In this document: one piece after another, positions 31,901 to 40,098 of the stretch
How positions within the stretch are numbered: position 1 is the stretch's first letter
Layout of the letters: every line of letters starts with the position of its first letter
Assembly (NCBI GenBank): GCA_964386355.1
Contig: CAYLQQ010000003.1
Location: forward strand, 5,880 to 69,879
DNA length: 64,000 nt
Reading direction: 5' to 3'
Origin: an uncultured Pseudomonadales bacterium
Lineage (GTDB): Bacteria; Patescibacteriota; Microgenomatia; UBA1400; UBA1449
Made by a program: the position numbers and the translations under genes
Notes under the pieces: generated by a model
Database searches by the model: none
What the model was told of the DNA's origin: nothing
Seen by the model: only the letters and a program-made list of their open reading frames with translations

Positions 31901-32332
31901 TCTGTTAACCAAAACCTTAAAGCATCAGAGTCTGCCCTGCTCAGTTCCAAATTTCAGGTTCTAAATTCAGGTTCCGAAGTAGCTTCGATAGATGCCAGCG
32001 GTTCAGCCAGGTTTAAAGCGGTTACTGCATCTAAATTATATTTACCATATACCTATGATACTTTAGATAACCCTATAGATAGCTCTATATCAGCTGATGA
32101 GCTAAACAATACTGCCGATTCTATCGGGATTGGAACTATCAAAGCAGGACAAACAAGCATCTTTATGCAGGCTCCCATTGTGACCAAAGAGTCGCTCATG
32201 TTTGTAACTCCCACTACTACAACAAACATTCCCTTAGCTGTTACCGCTAAAGAGGTTGGCAAAGGGTTTATTGTTTCTATCACCAAACCCCAAACCACCA
32301 ACATAAACTTCAACTGGTGGATAATAAACTAA
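25937..32332 (+). CDS. Giant (2131 aa) membrane-anchored surface protein with an N-terminal cytoplasmic HTH fused to a single TM helix and a huge ectodomain
   Basis: Residues ~12-60 (LLSISQAAQFLGISEDTLRRWDKLGKLVPNRTLGNSRRYELSIL) match the HTH_17 excisionase/MerR-type consensus. TM helix LIAIALSFGIVILLLILIYTAV at ~155-178. CBM4/9-like jelly-roll domain (NFITNSGFEQNASGKALYY...). Tail-fibre-like beta-helical repeats (GNVGIGTTTP). LVIVD-type beta-propeller repeats (YAYVA..GLQVIDVSNP). Tail-fibre chaperone (Peptidase_S74)-like segment DYVFESDYNLMNLTDLGSYIELNKHLPGV. Confidence 0.85.
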   Translation: MHTVQEPQDTNLLSISQAAQFLGISEDTLRRWDKLGKLVPNRTLGNSRRYELSILQQIKESKDGFETQNNYFQIRKELQNIRDILQNNKKNVTKLNLSNPSDTALIKIQAKNIEGLPQTIVMDKKDTNQVTKHNIIKLNSIKDNIIHKLTLRTGIDLIAIALSFGIVILLLILIYTAVTKGLHKIEKNLSNAQQFNQDILLEQDSSQPLLGSGLIIGEDKVLIDERGNIQLSGAVSGGYIDSDSRNFITNSGFEQNASGKALYYIYAEDASEANTFVTQDSSLDGQNALKVILEPNNMIKIQPTYADLFPGKTYTFSLYVKGLGTTDADLTVGYGTTMRSYTIAGDSSWQLISVSKHFEPEESPTLDSFSILIQSRDGVGTLYVDNIQLEGGSTVTAYKPSHLTTDGIIHFSADALFPAVADTVSIGTIVKPFQEIVVNEQIINNSLEVYGDATIDGNLVVSGDIEFPTVIAKDKIIIQTDGLYTGSGIGTKRLDSNGNLQNITSLGLVYGTLTSTTDYLTSSVGLSVGGNASYYFNKNGYIKAAQLNSLSDIKIGDPNGETDSLGIYFSGVSGHSNEAGMRFNTSSGKLEYRDDNNTSWTTFDSLSESSSTTDYSASNGLTMDGTDILLGGSFTQDTTTVLGAYDLIYNLNSTGDIEIQDNGSALLYISDTGNIGIGTNSPAAKLDVASYANFGSSVNIASTLTTVALKISGGAHDGYVLTSDANGNTVWEAVSSGATYTAGNGLTLASSTFTLGGTLTESTAINQDSFGFTLENPGTADTIINLGSEGDLLIQDNGTTFATFADNGSFTLENITFDNTQLTAAGDLGLGLYDNASNGIFVKDGGNVGIGTTTPGSQLTVNGVGSFTLGTVALPGITFGTDTNTGMWSSDPDTVNLSTNGLERLRVDSNGNVGIGTTSPTENLHVIGNAIFPQGSIGVGAHWTAKDPSGRSLLYIRDDTDQPKLVVEQDNINNSAAIFYGQGTSNDVSIAEFWGNNGSTYGLYVQNSGNVGIGDNSPAALFSVGFGDLFTINNLGNLNGISGNFSGSLTIGENFSATSGSYTLDNITFDDAQITAAGDLGLGIYDNSGNGLTIGDGGNIGIGTTSPFQKMHLVNGSMLIDSPNPSLVGNFITGGSAFGVYVSGKYAYVADYTEGLKIMDISNPNSPVLVSSYDTNALTTEVVVAGKYAYLADGLTGGVKIVDVSNPKSPTLIGTYNPVDSGGIKNIYLTGKYIYATDWFLGLLIIDVSNPASPILVGSYASMDAHGVYVSGKYAYVANGLDGLQVIDVSNPTSPSLAGTYDTSGDALGVYVSGKYAYVANGLDGLQVIDVSNPTSPSLAGTYDTSGDALGVYVSGKYAYIADGSYGLQVIDVSNPATPSLAGMYRTIHNAMKIYVSGKYAYVGNALSGLQVIDVGGADIHALNAGNVETNSITITDNGDIGNNLYIRNGINVGTGGLFTDGLISSAGSGINYFAGNVGIGVLAPAEKMEVAGNIRVTGGSFIDDGTTLAVPDYVFESDYNLMNLTDLGSYIELNKHLPGVPDMNDTKGWAALSLQDRDMKLLEKIEENIIYTLELNSKLADTRLELSNSNHATMYPSNQEFLSSSGDLFIQSQIYDGILGEATPDTLANLTSTVTDSLGNAKVAVAGFGSVFSAKLTVGIADIKNLITDTVVVRQVKVEDKLLSPVVEASQILTDQLYTQNLTAVDASISGTLSARQAVFGDPAMKQSSNETIAVQILGDASVSGTLKTKDASVSGELFANSARIRTLIAERIKADSIEGLEARIENIVNSSMSAQMMELYTLNTPYPSPVAVTNNLPSLPSDWEQSLNNLMTRLDNVESATSSATWQANSNLAYDSQIIAGTVDTDLATVNTFLAVLGNASMVNAEVTNSLSVQTDLNLTRNSIATLSDTLYIQPTGLGKIDILAGAISVESNGNLYVNGDLYLKGSLYAYRLFSDTLETKTATVSGTLFTNLIKPKDTTIAIDLSSVNQNLKASESALLSSKFQVLNSGSEVASIDASGSARFKAVTASKLYLPYTYDTLDNPIDSSISADELNNTADSIGIGTIKAGQTSIFMQAPIVTKESLMFVTPTTTTNIPLAVTAKEVGKGFIVSITKPQTTNINFNWWIIN
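29735..30112 (+). repeat. Tandem 126-bp (42-aa) repeats inside the giant gene, two copies differing by 1 nt
   Basis: Copies start at 29735, 29861 and 29987 (ggtgtgtatgtgtcgggtaaatatgcatat...). Copies 1 and 2 differ only at gctttg/gcgttg. Further diverged copies lie at ~29347 and ~30118. Confidence 0.85.
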
Positions 32333-32555
32333 AGATGTTTTTGTCATCACCCTTCATGGTCTTTGCTACTGAAAAGTTCTAATAATGATTAAGTTTAGGT
32401 AGTGGTGGAAAACACATGTTAAAAGTATCATGGCAATCATATCGTAAGATGTTTTACCCAATATTCACAAATCTACATTCTAAGCCAAATCAACTTCCTA
32501 CCCTCTTCATCCCACTTAGTGGGACGAAGTCACGGAAGATGAAAATTCTCCCAAA

Positions 32556-32585
32556 TTAAAAACCCCGCCTTAACAGCGGGGTTTA
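32556..32585. terminator. Bidirectional rho-independent terminator between the convergent giant gene and ferredoxin gene
   Basis: aaaaa CCCCGC cttaaca GCGGGG ttt. Confidence 0.7.
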
Positions 32586-32608
32586 AATTCAAGCTAATGG
32601 TCTAACCT

Positions 32609-32842
32609 TTAGACAGTCGGAGCAGAAGTAGTGGTGGCATCTTGAACGATTTCCTCCCAGGAAATAGCTGCTACCGGACAGGCATCAATTGCTCCCTGAA
32701 TCTCCGATTCACTGTGTCCATTAGGATCTGTTATGTGTGATTTGCCATCATCACCCATCGCAAATGTTTTGGGACACAAAGACACGCAGGTGCCGCAACC
32801 AATACATATATTTGGATCTACTTTTGGTTTTTTAGTTGCCAT
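32609..32842 (-). CDS. 4Fe-4S ferredoxin
   Basis: 77 aa with CIGCGTCVSLCP and a second Cys cluster motif CP. Confidence 0.75.
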   Translation of the reverse strand: MATKKPKVDPNICIGCGTCVSLCPKTFAMGDDGKSHITDPNGHSESEIQGAIDACPVAAISWEEIVQDATTTSAPTV

Positions 32843-33493
32843 ATAATTTTTACTTAAACTTTATTACCTACTATTTGTACCATATCTATGCTGGTTTACA
32901 AACCGGCAGTTTTCAAATTCGCTACCTTTTAGCGGGTAAATTTATATGGAAAAATAGTGATGCTAACTGAGGTAAAAGAAATGATAGCCCCTCATACACT
33001 CACTATCTTTGCCAACCAACATCTATCATAATCAAAATCAGAATAAATTGGATTGAAAATGATTTTGTAACATATTAAATACCGGGGGTTTATGCTGAGT
33101 TCCCTTACTTTACACAAAATTATACTAGATATATCTGGCGCTCTTCTTGGGTATCTGATTACTTTACGCACTATTTCCCTATCGTTCAACACCAATACTT
33201 GCTAATGCAAATTATAATTAAAATTATTAAAAAAATGTTAAATTCCCAGATGAACGTGTAAATATTAAAAAAATAAATAGTAAACACATATTGTATGTTT
33301 AATAGTTTTAAGTCTTGTTTTGATTATAATGTTTTATTATTTTGAGTTATTAAAAATATTTCGATGAGGTCTTCTGTTTACCCGGATGCTTTATTTGCAA
33401 TCATAAAGAGGATATATACAAAGGAGATTAATAATCAAAATATTGAACATTTATGTTCTTTATTGAAACTGTTCCACTATTTGAGGGTAATTA

Positions 33494-34462
33494 TTACTCA
33501 TTATGACTCAGCCACTTTTCTATATCCAGAGCAGCCATGGTTCCCATCCCGGCAGAAGTAATTGCCTGCCTGTACCGGTAGTCAACCACATCTCCGGCAG
33601 CAAAAACACCCTCAATTGAAGTCATGGTTGGGTACTTTTCCAGCCAGACTTGGTCAACACTACCGTGTGTGGTCAAGCCGTTTAATGAGGTTAATATGTA
33701 CCCGCTTTCAGTCATTTGTAACTGATCTTTATATAATTCTACATTGGGCTTATGGCCTATAGCATAGAAGAGTCCATCAGCTTTTATGGTTTGTTCTTCT
33801 CCGGTTTTATTATTTTTAAGTTTGAGCTGCTCGAGTTTCTCATCGCCAATCAGTTCAGTCACCTCGGTATTCCAGTGGATAGAAACCTTAGGATTATTTT
33901 TGACCCGATCCTGCATGATCTGAGAAGCCCGCAAAGTATCACGTCTAACTACCAGATTTACATTAGAGGTAAATTTCGTAAGAGCCAGCGTATCTTCCAC
34001 AGCAGAGTCTCCTCCGCCAACCACATACACTGTTCGCTCACGATAAAACGCAGCGTCGCATACAGCACAGGTCGAAACACCTCTACCATACAATTCTTTC
34101 TCCCGAGGAAGATTCAGAGTGAGCGCATCTGCACCTGTAGCGATCAAAATGCTTTTTGCCTGATACGTTTCTAACCCTACTGTGACAGTAAATGGTTGTT
34201 TGGAAAAGTCAACCGAATCAACGACTGAATCAACTATTGTGGCCCCAAAGCGCTCTGCTTGCTCGCGCATACTCATCATCAGCTTAGGCCCCATGATCCC
34301 TTGAGGAAAGCCAGGGAAATTCTCAACTTCAGTGGTAAACATGAGCTGTCCACCGATTGTTATACCTGAGAATACGAGTGGTTTGAGGGCTGCCCTGGCT
34401 GCATAGATAGCTGCACTGTAGCCTGCTGGTCCTGAGCCGATAATGATTAGATTATGGATCAT
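33494..34462 (-). CDS. trxB: Thioredoxin reductase
   Basis: FAD motif IIGSGPAGYSAAIYAARA, redox-active CAVCDA, NADPH motif VVGGGDSAVE. Confidence 0.88.
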   Translation of the reverse strand: MIHNLIIIGSGPAGYSAAIYAARAALKPLVFSGITIGGQLMFTTEVENFPGFPQGIMGPKLMMSMREQAERFGATIVDSVVDSVDFSKQPFTVTVGLETYQAKSILIATGADALTLNLPREKELYGRGVSTCAVCDAAFYRERTVYVVGGGDSAVEDTLALTKFTSNVNLVVRRDTLRASQIMQDRVKNNPKVSIHWNTEVTELIGDEKLEQLKLKNNKTGEEQTIKADGLFYAIGHKPNVELYKDQLQMTESGYILTSLNGLTTHGSVDQVWLEKYPTMTSIEGVFAAGDVVDYRYRQAITSAGMGTMAALDIEKWLSHNE

Positions 34463-34595
34463 TTTCTGTGAATCATTCCGAGCGCTCTTGATATTAGAAT
34501 CAAAAGCGTTAGAATCGTATGAATTTTATCTAGACCGGAACGTTTTTATATATTACTTAACACATGACTTACGTCATAAAATGTTAGTAATACAT

Positions 34596-34916
34596 TTATT
34601 TAATACTTTCAATCATATTCCTTAACCCTGACTCTCCTGGAAACCCAACTTTACGCTCAACCTCTTTGCCACCCTTAAAAACAATCATTGTTGGAATACT
34701 CATTACCCCATACTTCTGGGCAATATCCGAATTTTCATCCACATCCAGCTTACCGATAGTAACTTTTTCTCCCATCTCATCTGCCAATTTATCAATAATG
34801 GGTGAAGCCATCATGCAAGGACCGCACCAGGTCGCAAAAAAATCAACCACGACCGGCTTATCTGATTGTAAAACTTTGTTGTCAAAATCTGAGCTTGTAA
34901 AATAAACTGCTGCCAT
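34596..34916 (-). CDS. trxA: Thioredoxin (start probably the internal Met; track start 34961 would translate an upstream promoter motif)
   Basis: WCGPCMM active site. N-terminal 15 codons of the track ORF overlap a 17-nt motif shared with the tRNA-Met upstream region. Confidence 0.8.
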   Translation of the reverse strand: MAAVYFTSSDFDNKVLQSDKPVVVDFFATWCGPCMMASPIIDKLADEMGEKVTIGKLDVDENSDIAQKYGVMSIPTMIVFKGGKEVERKVGFPGESGLRNMIESIK

Positions 34917-35014
34917 GTGATTAGTAGTAAGTAGCAAGTAGTAAGAAGCGGATTCTGTCAATCTGATTTTTATTCAGATTATCTATCTTTTTCGTACATA
35001 CTTAAGCACTTATA

Positions 35015-35326
35015 TTAATGAAATTTTAATAACTGATTTAATAACTGTTCTAACTTTGTTTGATCTTTCCTATTACTAGCAGCGCATGAAGCTTCTGTTA
35101 GCAATTTTACTGCCACAGCACCAAGTGCTGACCTGGCAGCCATTATCTGGTGAATAACTAAATAACATTCTTTACCTTGCCCTATCATATCTTCTACTCC
35201 CTCAATTTGTCCCTTCACTCGATGTAAACGTTTAGTAATTTCTTGTTTGTCTGAGCCTATTTTTGACTTTTGTATTTTATGTTTCGAGTTCTCTAACATA
35301 CCCCCATAGGGTATATTAATTACCAT
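35015..35326 (-). CDS. CsoR/RcnR/FrmR-family metal-sensing transcriptional repressor
   Basis: 103 aa. RLHRVKGQIEGVEDMI...CYLVIHQIMAARSAL matches the DUF156 consensus. The metal-ligand Cys/His positions are present. Confidence 0.7.
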   Translation of the reverse strand: MVINIPYGGMLENSKHKIQKSKIGSDKQEITKRLHRVKGQIEGVEDMIGQGKECYLVIHQIMAARSALGAVAVKLLTEASCAASNRKDQTKLEQLLNQLLKFH

Positions 35327-35356
35327 AATTTGTCAAGCAAGACAAATCAGATGATT

Positions 35357-36094
35357 TTAGGCATAAAACTCATCTTCCACCGAACCGACCATTGTCCCCA
35401 TTTTTTCTCCCCCTAATACCTTTCCAAGATCTTCAGCTTTAAAAACCAGAATGGGAATGTTTTCATTTTGGCAAATGGCAAAGGCATTGCTATCCATTAC
35501 CTCCAGATGTTGTTCCAAAGCTGTTTGGTAATTAAGATACTGATAGCGACGAGCGTTAGCATCTTTTCGTGGATCAGCGGTATATACTCCATCTGTTGTG
35601 CTCCCTTTTAGAACTACATCACAATTGAGCTCTGCAGCCCTCAGAGCAGCTGCCGAATCTGTGGTAAAAAATGGGCTGCCGGTACCTCCAGCCAATATGA
35701 CAATCCGATCTTTTTCAAGTCTGGCTAATGCCTTTTTACGATAAAAAGGTTCTGCTATTGCGTTCATCTGGACTGCTGTCATCAAATAAGACATGCGCAA
35801 ACCTGCTAAACGGTTAATAGATTCCTCAAGCGCCAAGCCATTCATGATAGTGGAGAGCATCCCTATGTAGTCTGCTGTAGCTTTATCTACCTGAGTAGCC
35901 GCCTCCCTACCTCTATACAAGTTACCGCCCCCAATCACAATTGCCATCTGATGCTGTGTTCTCTCCTTCATCTCAAGCAAACCCCGGGCTACTGAGTCTA
36001 CAACATCAAAATTGATACCTTTTTGTCCGGGTAATGAAAGATATTCTCCCGTTAATTTGACCATGACGCGTTTAAAAGAAAATTCGTGGGGCAT
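35357..36094 (-). CDS. pyrH: UMP kinase
   Basis: KRVMVKLTGE..., GGGNLYRG, amino-acid kinase fold motifs. Confidence 0.88.
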   Translation of the reverse strand: MPHEFSFKRVMVKLTGEYLSLPGQKGINFDVVDSVARGLLEMKERTQHQMAIVIGGGNLYRGREAATQVDKATADYIGMLSTIMNGLALEESINRLAGLRMSYLMTAVQMNAIAEPFYRKKALARLEKDRIVILAGGTGSPFFTTDSAAALRAAELNCDVVLKGSTTDGVYTADPRKDANARRYQYLNYQTALEQHLEVMDSNAFAICQNENIPILVFKAEDLGKVLGGEKMGTMVGSVEDEFYA

Positions 36095-36353
36095 AATATG
36101 GTAGCTAGTATTAAGTAGTAATAGTATAAAAACTACATTCTACCTAGTAATAAAGTATTGGTATTTATAACGAAACGTGACAAAAAGTGCGATTCCTTAG
36201 ACCAGGAACTCTAAGGATACAAAGAGCTTAACAATATCTAATTAACAGGCTTGAACATACCTTTCCAACAAGCATGTTTATTGGCATGTAAATTAATACT
36301 CTACTGTGATTCTAGCAAAAGCACTAAACCAAGCATAGCGAAGAATTGTTGCT

Positions 36354-37109
36354 TTAAAGCTCTGCTGCTCGTTTACTACTTCTAATAAATAGGTATGTGC
36401 CAAAAAGTACCAGCAGGCAGCTTATCCACTGTGCTGTTGTTAAGATGCCGATCCTCCAGGGGTCTATGCGTAAATAATCCAGCAAAAACCTGATTATCCC
36501 ATATCCGGTTAGGTATACCGCAAAGAATACCCCTGGGTTCTTCTTTTTTTGCAATATTCTCCACATTACACCAAAAAGCGCTAAATTCAAAATCGCTTCA
36601 TATGCAAATAGAGGATGAAAGTGGGAAGCTGATACATATGTCCCGGATCGATTACTTGGCTCTATCCAAATGCCCCAGGGTAAGTTTGTTGGTAATCCAA
36701 ATAGTTCCTGATTAAAAAAGTTGCCCATTCTTCCAATTGCTTGAGCTACCGGTAAGGCAAAGGCAATTATGTCCAAAACGTGGGTTAGCTTTGATCTATT
36801 CTTTGAAACGTTTAAATATATTAATAGACCAACCAAGCCTCCAGCTAATCCTCCATAAATCCCCAAGCCCCCCTTCCATAGCATCAAGGCTTCTACTGGG
36901 CTTACTATGTAGTAACTCCACAAATCGATTACATGATATAAACGCGCTCCGATAATCCCAGGTACAAGCACCCAAAGAAGCACATTATCAAGATCTATTT
37001 TAAGATAATCTTTATCATACTTAGCTAACCGTTTTTGAGCTTTGCCAGCCAAGAACAGCCCAACCCAGATTCCGATACCGATACATAGTCCGTACAGATG
37101 AAATATCAA
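36354..37109 (-). CDS. lgt: Prolipoprotein diacylglyceryl transferase
   Basis: 251 aa polytopic. Lgt signature region including the Y..G.R.G motif and GNFFNQE. Confidence 0.75.
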   Translation of the reverse strand: MIFHLYGLCIGIGIWVGLFLAGKAQKRLAKYDKDYLKIDLDNVLLWVLVPGIIGARLYHVIDLWSYYIVSPVEALMLWKGGLGIYGGLAGGLVGLLIYLNVSKNRSKLTHVLDIIAFALPVAQAIGRMGNFFNQELFGLPTNLPWGIWIEPSNRSGTYVSASHFHPLFAYEAILNLALFGVMWRILQKKKNPGVFFAVYLTGYGIIRFLLDYLRIDPWRIGILTTAQWISCLLVLFGTYLFIRSSKRAAEL

Positions 37110-37215
37110 GGAATTTTATTATTGACCTAATTTCTTATTAACGTAGTTGATCTCAACAAATCCCAAGATGAAAAGATCTCAATTAGCAATTTTTTAATTA
37201 GAGAATGTAAGTCAA

Positions 37216-37794
37216 TTATTGTATATTTACAGTCAAAACAAGTACTATTACTATTCCAGTCATTGCCACCAAATACCATCTTAGTTCTTCCTGATTTACT
37301 TCCCGTTTTATTTGCCAAAACAACCATTGCCGTAATAACCCCCTGTTCGATACATAGTACTTCCACTGTTCCAAAAGCAAGCGCACCCCAATACCCAACA
37401 CAAATCCTTTTCCAAACATCGAGCTTGTTGAGGTAAAGGTAAAAATGGCCAGTACAACCCATACCATCTGAAACAGCGCAGATCTGAAGGTAAGGCGAGG
37501 TTGCAAGTGCTTATTTGCTTCTAATAAACGTAGTCCATACTGAATATGGTGTTCCTTAAAGTAACTTTTGACAGTCATTGCCAGGTTTGTTTTTGGATTG
37601 GTGAGGAAAATATCCAAGAGCTGATCAAGTTGCAGCACTAGATAGCCTACCATAGTTCCCGCAATCCATAATAAGACCGGTACCCAAACCGCTAATTCAA
37701 GCCACAGCCGATTTTCAATAATTTGTACCAATGGGGTTATAAGAGGTATGCTGATGCTAATAAGAAGCACTGGAAACTGTGGCAGTTGTTTCAT
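37216..37794 (-). CDS. Membrane protein, hypothetical (4-5 TM)
   Basis: 192 aa hydrophobic. Chosen over the overlapping ORF 37127-37462. Confidence 0.4.
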   Translation of the reverse strand: MKQLPQFPVLLISISIPLITPLVQIIENRLWLELAVWVPVLLWIAGTMVGYLVLQLDQLLDIFLTNPKTNLAMTVKSYFKEHHIQYGLRLLEANKHLQPRLTFRSALFQMVWVVLAIFTFTSTSSMFGKGFVLGIGVRLLLEQWKYYVSNRGLLRQWLFWQIKREVNQEELRWYLVAMTGIVIVLVLTVNIQ

Positions 37795-37840
37795 ACTTTT
37801 AGTATAGCATCAGCTATTTAGGATGAAATACATAATTCCA

Positions 37841-38101
37841 TTATTTTGACTTGAGTTGTTTGAGTTTCCACATAAATAACCTGCCTTTACTCTTGGCTGT
37901 TCCCGCATCAAGCACAAAACTTCGCGCCTGCTCCAGTAAGTGTCTGTCAGTCGTTTTCGCCAGCTTGATATACAAACTGACATGATCACGGTCCCCCAAC
38001 TCCATCGCCAACCTATAACCATAGTCCTGAAATTCACGAGTCACATACCCTTTGCTTTCTTTCGGCTGGTAGTCTTGTAGCAGCGAAGCAATTTTTTTCA
38101 T
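37841..38101 (-). CDS. Small basic hypothetical protein
   Basis: 86 aa, no motif recognised. Stands alone between two membrane-protein genes on the same strand. Confidence 0.35.
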   Translation of the reverse strand: MKKIASLLQDYQPKESKGYVTREFQDYGYRLAMELGDRDHVSLYIKLAKTTDRHLLEQARSFVLDAGTAKSKGRLFMWKLKQLKSK

Positions 38102-38185
38102 AAAAACGTCAAAACAAGTAAATAAACTATGAAACCAAAATAGGTATTAATCTGTATACTAGATTTTTATTAAGAGCCTATGTAT

Positions 38186-39385
38186 CTACCCATATTTCTT
38201 AATATATTCCCTATATACAAGGGGTAACACAAGCGAGAGACTAAATACCAGCATGGTTGCTAAAATGATATGTTCCAGACTTACCCAAAGCAGCAAAGCA
38301 GCAACCACAGACATACTACTTAGTAATAAGAAACTGTGAGCAATAATGTGATGTACTAGCCAGAACTCCATAGTATACTTTTGAGTCACCGAATGTTTAT
38401 AGAGCAAGCTCCACACCGGTACCCACAGAAAAGATGTTCCAGTGATATAACCAATATTTGCAAGCGTTAATCCCGCAAAACTTCCACCATAGATCCTACC
38501 CAACCAGGAGAGTACGATCAGGAGTGCCCCCACTGTCATTACCCAGTATTTTTTAGCTTTTATAAATAACTTGACTCCATACAAAGTAACAATGCCAACA
38601 AGGAGTGAAATCGTTTCCAGACTACCTGTCTTTTCATACGATTCCATTGCCGTAAACAGAAAGACTGGCCAAATCATCATGCTGATTAAGCCTTCAAAAT
38701 TTTCCAGGCCAATTACCAACAGGTGCTTTGGCATGCCCGGATCTGTCAACCGTTGCCAGATCTCGGAACCTGATACGTGCATACCAGTTTTTTCAAATTT
38801 ATCCAAAAACGGCACAATAGCAGCCACCAGGATCAAAAAGCCTGCACATGCATACAGCACCGGAAAGCCAAACCAGACAATGATCATACCACCTAATAAT
38901 GGACCGAGAGTGGAACCTAACCTGGTTACTGTTTTAGATAAACTTGCAATGGAGCTAAACTGCCTTCCCGTCTGTGCCATTTTTGCTAAGCTGTAGTGGT
39001 AGGGCAACCAGTCAAAAGGCTGGGTCAGCCCGAAAAAAAAAGCTGAAACCCAAAAAAAGGGGTGGTATTTTTCTGCAAAGATCAAACTATAGAGAAATAG
39101 AGCCCGAAACAGCGAACCCACAGCCAAAGCCCTGTCTATTCCGATCCGTTTGATTATTAGAGTGGAAGGATAATCACTTATCAATGCAAAAAGGGCGTAA
39201 ATACTAAAGTAGATAGGTATCGAAACCAGTTCTCCTGTTTGCTGGTATATGTAGATCGGAATAAACAATCCAACCATGCTGGTAGAGATACGGCGCAACA
39301 GTTCATTTATGTATATACCCCATGATTCGGGCACTACTAAAGATAATATGGACTGGCGAATTGCCTGATGGGGAGAGCTGAGCAT
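38186..39385 (-). CDS. MFS-type transporter (12 TM)
   Basis: 399 aa, 12 hydrophobic helices, G-x-L-x-D-R/K-x-G-R-like motif regions. Confidence 0.6.
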   Translation of the reverse strand: MLSSPHQAIRQSILSLVVPESWGIYINELLRRISTSMVGLFIPIYIYQQTGELVSIPIYFSIYALFALISDYPSTLIIKRIGIDRALAVGSLFRALFLYSLIFAEKYHPFFWVSAFFFGLTQPFDWLPYHYSLAKMAQTGRQFSSIASLSKTVTRLGSTLGPLLGGMIIVWFGFPVLYACAGFLILVAAIVPFLDKFEKTGMHVSGSEIWQRLTDPGMPKHLLVIGLENFEGLISMMIWPVFLFTAMESYEKTGSLETISLLVGIVTLYGVKLFIKAKKYWVMTVGALLIVLSWLGRIYGGSFAGLTLANIGYITGTSFLWVPVWSLLYKHSVTQKYTMEFWLVHHIIAHSFLLLSSMSVVAALLLWVSLEHIILATMLVFSLSLVLPLVYREYIKKYG

Positions 39386-39479
39386 GGCTTGATTGTGACA
39401 AGATTTTCCGATCTTGTCATCACCCGTGTGATTTTAAGCAATTGAAAGTAGAAATTGTGTGAGATTATTATTTAAATTA

Positions 39480-40055
39480 TTATAATGTAAATTGATTTAG
39501 GTCTATCAGAGCATTATTGAATATCTTTGGCAACACCTCCTGCTCGCTCTGGGAAAAGTCATCCAATACAAAATCATCAGCCACCGAACCTGCCCGTGAT
39601 TTAACTAACGGCAACCAATCATTGGCAATTCCAATCCTTAGGCGTATAAAATCTTCTGTTCCGACTGCTGCAACTACCGAATTAACACCATTATGCATTT
39701 TAGGTCCTTTACCGCGAGATATCTTGTAGTCACCAAATTGCAGATCCAGGTCATCGTGGATCAAAAACAGTTCTTTTTGAGAATCAAGTCTATAAAAATC
39801 TAGAACTTTACGCACCGACATGCCGGAATGGTTCATAAAAGTTGTAGGTTTGTGCAATAGAAACTTTCTGTCTGGTAGCGTAACTTCGCAAACTTGAGCT
39901 TGAAATTTGGGCTTAGTTTCAAAAGCTGTGGATTTACCTTCAAAAAAAACCTGACAATAATCAAGAAACAACCACCCTGCGTTATGGCGAGTCAACTGGT
40001 ATTCATGGCCTGGATTACCTAAACCAACGAAAAGAAACATGTAAATCAGAAGCAC
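39480..40055 (-). CDS. pth: Peptidyl-tRNA hydrolase
   Basis: LFVGLGNPGHEYQLTRHNAGWLFLD matches the Pth signature. Confidence 0.88.
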   Translation of the reverse strand: MLLIYMFLFVGLGNPGHEYQLTRHNAGWLFLDYCQVFFEGKSTAFETKPKFQAQVCEVTLPDRKFLLHKPTTFMNHSGMSVRKVLDFYRLDSQKELFLIHDDLDLQFGDYKISRGKGPKMHNGVNSVVAAVGTEDFIRLRIGIANDWLPLVKSRAGSVADDFVLDDFSQSEQEVLPKIFNNALIDLNQFTL

Positions 40056-40098
40056 GTGATTGGAAATTAATTAAATATCTATACTAATAGTATTTATA

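Noticed and set aside
32992-33195. 67-aa ORF in the 650-bp AT-rich spacer between the ferredoxin gene and trxB
   Set aside because: No motif and no RBS. AT-rich chance ORF. The spacer itself may hold promoter or terminator elements but nothing specific could be supported.
37127-37462. 111-aa ORF overlapping the 192-aa membrane ORF in another frame (similarly 41058-41282, 5353-5850, 60749-61246, 6298-6498, 36382-36564, 42478-42768, 48989-49195)
   Set aside because: Shorter alternative-frame ORFs nested in longer ORFs with clear domain content.
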